Shown here piece by piece: positions 19,439 to 27,190 of a stretch of 32,000 nucleotides of DNA. This DNA is from Nanoarchaeum equitans Kin4-M. Lineage in GTDB: Archaea > Nanobdellota > Nanobdellia > Nanobdellales > Nanoarchaeaceae. Location: positions 420,001 through 452,000 of the forward strand of contig AE017199.1 of NCBI GenBank assembly GCA_000008085.1, in the 5' to 3' direction. The notes under the pieces were generated by a model that was not told the DNA's origin, searched no databases, and saw only the letters and a program-made list of their open reading frames with translations. Within the stretch, counting starts at the first letter, position 1, and the number at the start of each line of letters is the position of its first letter. The position numbers and the translations under genes are program-made.

Positions 19439-20923
19439 TTATTGATCTTCGTCTTTATTATCTTCAACCTCTAAATAATATAAATCATGGTGGGGTGCAT
19501 CCGCTAACATTGCTATATCGTTGGGCCTATTCTTATAATGGGCCATAATATATATTCCAACAAATTGCCTTAACTTCTCTTCTTGGTTTAGAATGAAATC
19601 TCTTTTGTCCGGTTTAACTAATTTTGGATTTGTGGGGTTTTCTATTTTGGCCGGCTCAGCATCTAATAACAATACATCATACATAAACCTTTCTACAGGG
19701 TCGTCTATGGCATATCTTATAGGCTCTTTCATTTTATGCTCTATAACCATTAGATTGGGGTTTTCCTTTAGCGCTTTCAAAAATCTAACATTAAATGTTC
19801 TACCCGCCCCTTCATAACCATGTATGGTTGTAGAGAATACCAATCTATCGTATTTGTTCATTATTTTATACAAATATGTTACATATACTCCTGCAGCTTC
19901 ATCGACAGCAACTAAATCATATTTTCTTTTAACCAAATCTTGCGGTTGCTTATACTCTATAATTACTTTCCCAGCTTTTATTTTGTTCTTTTTTTCTTCA
20001 TATTTTAGCTCTAACTTTTCCAAAGCTTTTTTCAAAAATTCCCATAGCGATTCTATGTTACCTCTATTCGGTGCAGTTATCCCAATATAGAACGGTTTTT
20101 TATAAAAAACATATGTAATTCCCGCTATCCCCAAACCAACTGCTACGGATTTTCCCCTACCTCTATCGGCAGTTAAAACATAAGCTATCTCTTTATTAAC
20201 AAGGTTTTCGAATTTTTTTAATGCCTCTGCTTGGTCTTTTGTTACGCACATCCCATATAGCTTTTTGGGAAAAACCTCTCCATAAACTCTATGGAATTCT
20301 GCTTTTGGAGGAGCAACATCTTTTTCGTTCTCTATATATTTTATCGCTTTTTCTTTGTCTGTATCATATATATAAACTTCGTGTTCAAACAATTTTTTAA
20401 CCCACCTTTCTTCGAAATAATGCTTTACATCCTTTATAGTATAGGGAGGTGTAACCAAATGTTCATGGAATGTTGTTATTATTTTATCCCATTTATCAAT
20501 AGAGGGAGCTAAAGCGATTATTAATCCAGTGCCTCTAACTAAACCGAATAGCCTTCCCAAATCATCTGGGGTTAGAGAGTTGGTTAAATCCATAATAAGA
20601 ATATCATAAGTTTTACCTAATACCTTTTGAGTTTCTTTAAAATATATTCTATCGAGTTTTGCTCCCTTTAAATTAGTATTTTCTATAAAATATTGATATC
20701 TTCTAATGTTTTGTTCTCTGTCTTCGCTTACATATAATACTTGGGGTTTTACTCTAAGCTCTTTTTGATATCTAATAGCATTTTCTATTATTCCTGGCAA
20801 TGGTTTTTCAGGGTTTTTTCCCGATAATATGATAAATGATCTCCAATAATGTTCTATAGCCCTAGCTTGAGCATTATCGAATACTATTTTTAGATCGCCT
20901 TTTAAGTTAGAGTCGATGCGCAT
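19439..20923 (-). CDS. tRNA(Met) cytidine acetyltransferase TmcA, N-terminal and helicase modules only (C-terminal GNAT missing)
   Basis: VLTADRGRGKSVAVGLGIAG (Walker A), DLVAVDEAAG (DEAA), STTIHGYEGAGRTF motif; ends just after LRQFVGIYIMAHYKNRPNDIAMLADAPHHDLYYLE with a short acidic tail and stop. Confidence 0.82.
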   Translation of the reverse strand: MRIDSNLKGDLKIVFDNAQARAIEHYWRSFIILSGKNPEKPLPGIIENAIRYQKELRVKPQVLYVSEDREQNIRRYQYFIENTNLKGAKLDRIYFKETQKVLGKTYDILIMDLTNSLTPDDLGRLFGLVRGTGLIIALAPSIDKWDKIITTFHEHLVTPPYTIKDVKHYFEERWVKKLFEHEVYIYDTDKEKAIKYIENEKDVAPPKAEFHRVYGEVFPKKLYGMCVTKDQAEALKKFENLVNKEIAYVLTADRGRGKSVAVGLGIAGITYVFYKKPFYIGITAPNRGNIESLWEFLKKALEKLELKYEEKKNKIKAGKVIIEYKQPQDLVKRKYDLVAVDEAAGVYVTYLYKIMNKYDRLVFSTTIHGYEGAGRTFNVRFLKALKENPNLMVIEHKMKEPIRYAIDDPVERFMYDVLLLDAEPAKIENPTNPKLVKPDKRDFILNQEEKLRQFVGIYIMAHYKNRPNDIAMLADAPHHDLYYLEVEDNKDEDQ

Positions 20924-20954
20924 TTGGTTATAAATAAATAGTATTTATGAATGA

Positions 20955-22679
20955 ATGAAGATTAGGCAACCTATAATTACTATATTGGGACATGTAGACC
21001 ATGGTAAAACCACACTGTTAGACAAAATTAGAAAAACAGCAGTGGCACAAAAAGAAGCTGGGGGCATTACCCAACATATTGGAGCAACAGAAGTCCCTAT
21101 AGAGGTTATAGAAAAGATAGCAGAGCCAATAAGAGATATTTTAAAGTTCGAACTAAAAATACCGGGTTTGTTATTTATAGACACCCCTGGCCACGAAGCT
21201 TTTAGCAATTTAAGAAAGAGAGGCGGTTCTATTGCAGATTTAGCTATTGTTGTTATAGACATAAACGAAGGGATTATGCCCCAAACTAAAGAAGCAATTG
21301 AAATATGTAAACAATTTAGAGTTCCATTTATTATTGCTGCTAATAAAATAGACAAAATCCCTGGATGGGAATCAAGAGAAGGATCTTTCATAAAAAATTA
21401 CCAAAGGCAAAGTGATAGGGCGAAACAAGAATTAGAAAATAGAGTATACAATTTAGTTTCCCAATTATATGAATTGGGTTTCGAATCGGATATATTTTTT
21501 AGAATAGAAGATTTTAGGAAAACAGTTGCAATTGTTCCAGTATCAGCAAAAACTGGCGAAGGAATTCCAGAATTATTATTACTAACAGCAGGTTTAGCTC
21601 AAAGATTTCTAACAAAGAAATTAGAGATTGATGAAAACTCTCCTGGAAAAGGGGTTATATTAGAGAAGAAAAAAGATAAAGGTATATATTATTTGGATGT
21701 CATTTTATATGATGGTGTTATAAGGAAAGGAGATACTATCGCTTTTTATGGTATTGAAGGGCCAATAATAACAAAAGTAAGGGGTTTATTTAAAGCGAAG
21801 CCTTTGACAGAGATTAGGGAAAAATCCAATTTTATTCCAGTAAACGAAGCACATGCCGCAGCGGGTATTAGAATATTAACTCCAGAAAACGATAAAGCTT
21901 TGGCAGGTTCCCCATTATATGTTATTAGAAATAACCAATCTAAAATATTGGAACAAATTAAAGAAGAGATAAGCTCTATAGTATTTGAAGAAAAAGAGGG
22001 TTTAGTAGTGAAAGCCGATACATTAGGAACTTTGGAAGCAATAGTTAATATACTAAAATCTAAAGGAATAAAGGTTTCAAAAGCAGGTATTGGAGAGATA
22101 ACAAAAGAAGATATAATTAAAGCACAATCGCAAAAAGATGAAAAGTATAGAGTTATATTGGCTTTTAATGTTAGCCCTATTGAAAGCCCAGTTCCAATAA
22201 TTTATGACAATGTTATCTATAGGTTATTAGAGAAATACGAAGAGTTTTTGAAGCAATTAGAAGAACAAAAGAAGCTTTCTATATTAGATAGATTAACTCC
22301 TGTAGCAAAAATAGAGATAATTCCTGGTTTAGTATTTAGAAGGAAAGACCCAGCAATAGTTGGAGTTAAAGTTATTGGCAAAATAAAGCCCAATGTTTTA
22401 TTAATGAACGAAGAAGGAAAAATAATCGGAAGAGTAAAATCAATACAAAAAGAAGGAGTATCCTTAAAAGAAGCAGAAAATGATGAAGTAGCTATAGCCA
22501 TAGAAGGAGTTACTGTTGGTAGGCAAATAAAAGAAGGAGATACATTATATACTTACATTAGAGAAGAAGAATTTAAAGAATATAAAAAGCATAAAGATTT
22601 GTTAAATGAAACTCAAAAAACCATTTTAAAAGAAATAGCACAAATAATGAGAAAACAAAACCCCACTTGGGGGCTCTAA
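20955..22679 (+). CDS. infB: Translation initiation factor aIF5B (IF-2 homolog), no intein
   Basis: RQPIITILGHVDHGKTTLLDKIR, FIDTPGHEAF, AANKIDKI G-domain motifs and IF5B C-terminal regions. Confidence 0.95.
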   Translation: MKIRQPIITILGHVDHGKTTLLDKIRKTAVAQKEAGGITQHIGATEVPIEVIEKIAEPIRDILKFELKIPGLLFIDTPGHEAFSNLRKRGGSIADLAIVVIDINEGIMPQTKEAIEICKQFRVPFIIAANKIDKIPGWESREGSFIKNYQRQSDRAKQELENRVYNLVSQLYELGFESDIFFRIEDFRKTVAIVPVSAKTGEGIPELLLLTAGLAQRFLTKKLEIDENSPGKGVILEKKKDKGIYYLDVILYDGVIRKGDTIAFYGIEGPIITKVRGLFKAKPLTEIREKSNFIPVNEAHAAAGIRILTPENDKALAGSPLYVIRNNQSKILEQIKEEISSIVFEEKEGLVVKADTLGTLEAIVNILKSKGIKVSKAGIGEITKEDIIKAQSQKDEKYRVILAFNVSPIESPVPIIYDNVIYRLLEKYEEFLKQLEEQKKLSILDRLTPVAKIEIIPGLVFRRKDPAIVGVKVIGKIKPNVLLMNEEGKIIGRVKSIQKEGVSLKEAENDEVAIAIEGVTVGRQIKEGDTLYTYIREEEFKEYKKHKDLLNETQKTILKEIAQIMRKQNPTWGL

Positions 22680-23179
22680 ATTAGGTCTATAATTGTTTTA
22701 TTTTCGAAATCATTTTCCTTTAGAATTTGCAAGGCTATCTTATTTATTGGCAACCAAGGGTATTTTTTCTTTATTTCACTTAAATCTGCTTCATTTAAAA
22801 TTATTTTTTCTAACAAATTAGGATCATTGTTTTTTAGAAACAAATACACAAAATAAGCTATAAGCTTATTGGCTATTGATTGCTTATCAATAGTCTGGTT
22901 TTCGCAATTTTTTAATCTTTTCAAACAATCTATGTTGCTTTTTAAACTCTCTATGGATTCTAACTTTTTCTCTAAAATAGCTTTTTTCCTTTGCAATATC
23001 TCTATTTTATAATTAATTTCTTCTATTTTTTCTTTAGTTCTAAGGATTTCCAATTTTTTTATAAAATCGTCGAATTCTAAAATGTATTCTAATGTTTCTC
23101 CCATTGATTTGAAACCTAATTCTTGTGTTAGCAATTGTAGTTTCTCTTTTACTCTAGGTGGAACTCTAATGTGTGTCAC
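22676..23179 (-). CDS. Protein with RHH/CopG-like N-terminus and coiled coil (167 aa)
   Basis: THIRVPPRVKEKLQLLTQELGFKSMGETLEYIL resembles a ribbon-helix-helix motif; followed by heptad helices. Confidence 0.55.
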   Translation of the reverse strand: MTHIRVPPRVKEKLQLLTQELGFKSMGETLEYILEFDDFIKKLEILRTKEKIEEINYKIEILQRKKAILEKKLESIESLKSNIDCLKRLKNCENQTIDKQSIANKLIAYFVYLFLKNNDPNLLEKIILNEADLSEIKKKYPWLPINKIALQILKENDFENKTIIDLI

Positions 23180-23206
23180 TTTTATATTAATATAAAGTAC
23201 ATTTAA

Positions 23207-23608
23207 ATGCGCTATGAATTGAGATTATATAAAGAGTTGTCTTTTAAAGAAATAGAAAAAATAGGCGAATTTCTTTTTGGGGTTAATAGAGAATATGATT
23301 TGCTAAAAAAATACAACATAAAACCTTTGTATATCGATACCCCATTGGAATATAAAGAGTATCCCACAATCACAGCTTTGTTTTTATTAAAGGATTTGGC
23401 CAAAGACAAAGTTTATTTAGACGAAGTAGGAGCTAGAGATTTTATCTATGGAAAGGATGTACATCAAAAGAATTTTCTCAAAATAGAAGGCTACAAATAC
23501 GCTAATTTATTAGTTTTAAATGGCCAGGGATTACCTTTAGGTATTGGAAAAATTAAAGGCAAAATATTGAAAAACCTATTTAATATAAGTTTTTATAGGA
23601 GATACTAA
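23207..23608 (+). CDS. Nip7-like PUA-domain RNA-binding protein
   Basis: C-terminal PUA-like: KVYLDEVGARDFIYGKDVHQKNFLKIEGYKYANLLVLNGQGLPLGIGKIK. Confidence 0.6.
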   Translation: MRYELRLYKELSFKEIEKIGEFLFGVNREYDLLKKYNIKPLYIDTPLEYKEYPTITALFLLKDLAKDKVYLDEVGARDFIYGKDVHQKNFLKIEGYKYANLLVLNGQGLPLGIGKIKGKILKNLFNISFYRRY

Positions 23609-23676
23609 CTAATTAGTAAATAATTTTCTAACTATAGAACCACAAGCATTTATTAAAATCTTAGACCATACATTAT

Positions 23677-24747
23677 ATGAGAAGTATAACTCCGATTATT
23701 GCAATAGTAATACTTTTATTAGTCACGATAAGCGCCGTTACTCCTTTATATTTATGGGTACAGAAAGGTGTGCAAAAATATTCTCAAAAAGCTACAAAAA
23801 CTGCAGATACAACATTTAAGTCTATAACTAATCTAGAAATAGCTGATATAAAGATATATAAAAAATATGATGGAGCATTGGCTTTATGGTATTTAGATGA
23901 GGGTTTTGGTAATATTGTTGATGATTATAGTAACAATAATTACAAGCTTAAATTTGAGGGATCTCCGAGATGGGTTAAAGGAGTACTTAGCAACGCTTTA
24001 GAATTTAATGGAAATAGCTCATTAAAAGGAAATTACCAATTGCTTGTTGGTAAAACAAAATGGAGTATAACTTTGATAACAAAACCATATAGTCTTGCCA
24101 ATTACACATATGCAGAGGGCACAACAGATGGTGACAAAATCGTTTTAGAAATTGCTAACAATAAATTTAGAATTGCTATATCTAATAACTCTGTAGGTTG
24201 GCAAAGATTGTCCTCTAGTTTACCTCTTAGTAAAAACGAATGGTATTTTGTTGCTGTAACTTATGATGGAGATAATCTAAAAATATGTGTTAATAATGTT
24301 TGTAATAGTACTAGTGGTATAAAATCAGCAACCACTGGAGGGGGTACAGTAAAAATAGCAAATGGCGTTTATGCTAACTACCCCTATAAAGGAGTTATCG
24401 ACGAAATATATCTATATAATGAACCATTGGACAATAAAACTATTGAAAATCTATACTATAGGCTAACCGTTAGAGTAGTAAACCCTAACGATAGACCAAT
24501 AAAAATAGAGGGTTATTACCAAATAGAAGATCCAGAAACTGGTAATATAATATGTGAGATCCCATTAAAGTATAAAGAAACTTTTATAACAGATTCGGGA
24601 TCAGATTTAATAAAACCATCAAAAGAAGAAACTATAAGAATGGTATTGTTTTACAAAGATAAGCATTGCTCTCTTAATAAATGGAAAACATATAATTTTT
24701 GTTTAACAAACGGTATCAATAGGGTTTGTAAATTGTTCCATCCATAA
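23677..24747 (+). CDS. Archaeal pilin-like/secreted protein with LamG (concanavalin A-like) domain
   Basis: MRSITPIIAIVILLLVTISAVTPLYLW archaeal pilin-type N-terminus; WYLDEGFGNIVDDYSNNNYKL...FNGNSSL...WYFVAVTYDGDNLKICVNN...YPYKGVIDEIYLYNEPL LamG pattern. Confidence 0.75.
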   Translation: MRSITPIIAIVILLLVTISAVTPLYLWVQKGVQKYSQKATKTADTTFKSITNLEIADIKIYKKYDGALALWYLDEGFGNIVDDYSNNNYKLKFEGSPRWVKGVLSNALEFNGNSSLKGNYQLLVGKTKWSITLITKPYSLANYTYAEGTTDGDKIVLEIANNKFRIAISNNSVGWQRLSSSLPLSKNEWYFVAVTYDGDNLKICVNNVCNSTSGIKSATTGGGTVKIANGVYANYPYKGVIDEIYLYNEPLDNKTIENLYYRLTVRVVNPNDRPIKIEGYYQIEDPETGNIICEIPLKYKETFITDSGSDLIKPSKEETIRMVLFYKDKHCSLNKWKTYNFCLTNGINRVCKLFHP

Positions 24748-24819
24748 TGGGCCCGCGGGGATTCGAACCCCGGACCTCCGCCTCGTGAGGGCGGCGTCAT
24801 ACCCCTAGACTACGGGCCC
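24748..24819 (-). tRNA. tRNA-Val (anticodon CAC), no intron, no encoded CCA
   Basis: Minus strand GGGCCCGTAGTCTAGGGGTATGACGCCGCCCTCACGAGGCGGAGGTCCGGGGTTCGAATCCCCGCGGGCCCA; full cloverleaf with loop CTCACGA. Confidence 0.95.
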
Positions 24820-24865
24820 AGTAAATAGGATTAATAAAATTTAAAAGCTTAGATATTTTAATTAG

Positions 24866-25384
24866 ATGCGTGTATTTTTGGCTATAGATTTGCCTGAAGA
24901 ACTAAAAAACCAAATATACTCTTATTACAAAAAAGTTTCTAAAGCGGTTTATGGCAAGTTTGTCGAAAAGGAAAACTTACACATTACTTTAAAATTTATT
25001 GGAGAAGTATTAGACATAAATCCATTGATAGAAAGGTTAAATTATGTGAAATTCAAACCCTTTGAAGTAAAGGTAAAAGGATTGTCTGCTTTTCCTTCAA
25101 TAGAGAACCCAAGAGTTGTATGGGTTGGGGCACATTCTGTTTATTTAAACGATTTGGCAAACCAAATTAATAGGGTTTTAAAAAGCTATGAAAATTTTGT
25201 CGGCCATATAACTATAGTAAGAGTTAAAAGAGTATTAGACAAAAAATACCTTTTAGAGTTGGCTAAAAAATTTGATTTGGAATATAAATTTGTGGTCGAT
25301 AGATTTTATTTGTATAAATCAACCCTAACCCCAAATGGTCCAATATATGAAAAATTATACGAATTCAAATCGATTCAAGATTAA
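24866..25384 (+). CDS. thpR: RNA 2',3'-cyclic phosphodiesterase (2H family, ThpR)
   Basis: MRVFLAIDLPEELKNQI; two HxTx motifs HITLKFIGEV and HITIVRVKR. Confidence 0.9.
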   Translation: MRVFLAIDLPEELKNQIYSYYKKVSKAVYGKFVEKENLHITLKFIGEVLDINPLIERLNYVKFKPFEVKVKGLSAFPSIENPRVVWVGAHSVYLNDLANQINRVLKSYENFVGHITIVRVKRVLDKKYLLELAKKFDLEYKFVVDRFYLYKSTLTPNGPIYEKLYEFKSIQD

Positions 25385-25850
25385 TTTTCTTCACTATAAG
25401 GAAAGAGAATATTGTAGAAATAATAGCAATTATTATGGCTAAAATAAAGCCATGCTTTGTTTCCCATGGAGGGATAGCATTGACGAAGTTCATCCCATAG
25501 AGGCTTGTAACAAAAGTGGCGGGGGCAAAAGCTATAGAGATAAATGCCAACTTATTTAGATTTTCATTTATTCTTTTATTGATTACACTATCGTTTATAT
25601 CTAATATATAAAATAAATCTGACTTAAGTGTTAAAAGATAGCTTTTTAGTTTTTCCAACTCTTTTGTGTTTTCTCCAAACTCTATTAGTTTATTTATTTT
25701 TCTTAATAGAACATTGATCTCTTTTTTGGTTTCTAAAATTTCGTCTATATTTAATATACCATTTAATGCTTTGTCCTCTAACAAATCGATTTTTCTTTCT
25801 ATTTCAGCAATTTTTTCTCTAATTTCTATAAGTTCTCTTTTTCCAACCAT
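25365..25850 (-). CDS. CorA-like divalent cation transporter, C-terminal helices and pore only
   Basis: LNKLAFISIAFAPATFVTSLYGMNF...PPWETKHGFILAIIIAIISTI: GMN pore motif and two TM helices; lacks the usual N-terminal cytosolic domain. Confidence 0.75.
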   Translation of the reverse strand: MVGKRELIEIREKIAEIERKIDLLEDKALNGILNIDEILETKKEINVLLRKINKLIEFGENTKELEKLKSYLLTLKSDLFYILDINDSVINKRINENLNKLAFISIAFAPATFVTSLYGMNFVNAIPPWETKHGFILAIIIAIISTIFSFLIVKKINLESI

Positions 25851-26086
25851 TCTTTTAGAGCTTTTTCTAATTTTTTGTCCTCCAAGCTAACCCATATAAA
25901 TAAAATACCTAAAGGTAAAACTGTTAAAAAGAACAATACTAAAAATGGATAAAGCATTATAGTAATTACATCCATTCCTATTTTATCCGCTATAGTCAAA
26001 GATATTTGATAATAATAATACAAAGCCACATAAGCTATTATTAATAAGGAGAGCCCAATTAAGAACTCTTTTTGATAGTCCTTCAC
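25826..26086 (-). CDS. Small membrane protein with two TM segments
   Basis: 86-aa ORF overlapping the CorA-like gene by 25 nt on the same strand. Confidence 0.5.
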   Translation of the reverse strand: MKDYQKEFLIGLSLLIIAYVALYYYYQISLTIADKIGMDVITIMLYPFLVLFFLTVLPLGILFIWVSLEDKKLEKALKEWLEKENL

Positions 26087-26122
26087 AACAAATTCTTTTA
26101 AAAAATATTTAAAAATTTTGTA

Positions 26123-27190
26123 ATGATAACCCTAGTTGGGTATGAATTAATCGATGGCATTACTGGTAAAAACGATCCCATATTATTGAAAATCTATGTT
26201 TATTCGAATGAAAACAAATACATAGTTATTGACACCGATAGAACCAAATGGTTTGGGAACCTTCCAATTATAATAGAGCCCAAAGGTTTAAGAAACATAA
26301 CTATAAAAGCTGTTCCAAGGAAATGCTATAGCTTTTTTCCATTGTATATAAACGACCAAAAATATCTAATCCCAGTATATTGTAAAGAAGTAAAAAAAGA
26401 AGAAGAGAAAAAAGAGTATTACGATGTAAATGTTTCTATCAATGATACTATAAAGGTTTGTGTAAATGGCCAATTTAATAACCTAAAATATTTAGTTAGG
26501 ATTGATGATAGAAAGTATTCTGGTTTAATTCCTTTTCCAACTTGTTTGGAGTTTCCTAAAAATGAAAGCCCTGGGAAGCATAATGTTTATGTATCAATAC
26601 AAAATAGTAAAACAATAGAGAAAGAATTAACATACTATGTTAAACCCATATTCTTTTATACCATAAACTATAAACCAAAAATCGGGTTATTAAAAGAGGA
26701 AATAGAAATAATACTAAAAACCTATGGCAATACCAAAGGGAAAGTTGAATTTTGTGCAAAAGATTTGTGCATAAAAGGAGAATTCCCTCCAAATATAGAG
26801 AGAGTTTATAGAGTAAAATACGACTATAGCTTGTATTTTGCTATAGGCTTAATAGCAGGTTTGTCTTTGTTGGGATTGTATTATTATTTAAACAAAAAAA
26901 GAATAAAAGTTAACAAAAATTATACTTTGGAAGGCAATATAGTAAAAGTAACCTTAGAGATAACAAACAAATCCTTGTTTAGGGTTAAAGGCTATATTTT
27001 AGATCCTATTCCTAAGGATGCAGAAGTAGAGATATTAACTAACAACGCCAAAATAAAAGACATCGCCGGAAACAAATTTGTTTATGCGATATATGATTTA
27101 ATGCCTGGAGAAACATTAGTTATAGCTTATAAATTAAAAATGCCTTTCGAAATAACAGAAATCGATTTGCCAAAACCTATTGTTCTTTGA
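26123..27190 (+). CDS. Hypothetical protein with beta-rich domains and one internal TM segment
   Basis: 355-aa ORF: TM YSLYFAIGLIAGLSLLGLYYYL, Cys-containing beta-rich N-terminal region and C-terminal DUF11-like region. Confidence 0.6.
   Translation: MITLVGYELIDGITGKNDPILLKIYVYSNENKYIVIDTDRTKWFGNLPIIIEPKGLRNITIKAVPRKCYSFFPLYINDQKYLIPVYCKEVKKEEEKKEYYDVNVSINDTIKVCVNGQFNNLKYLVRIDDRKYSGLIPFPTCLEFPKNESPGKHNVYVSIQNSKTIEKELTYYVKPIFFYTINYKPKIGLLKEEIEIILKTYGNTKGKVEFCAKDLCIKGEFPPNIERVYRVKYDYSLYFAIGLIAGLSLLGLYYYLNKKRIKVNKNYTLEGNIVKVTLEITNKSLFRVKGYILDPIPKDAEVEILTNNAKIKDIAGNKFVYAIYDLMPGETLVIAYKLKMPFEITEIDLPKPIVL

Noticed and set aside
20955-22679. Possible intein in aIF5B
   Set aside because: G-domain motifs are continuous (HVDHGKTTLLDK...IDTPGHEAF...NKID), no insertion seen.
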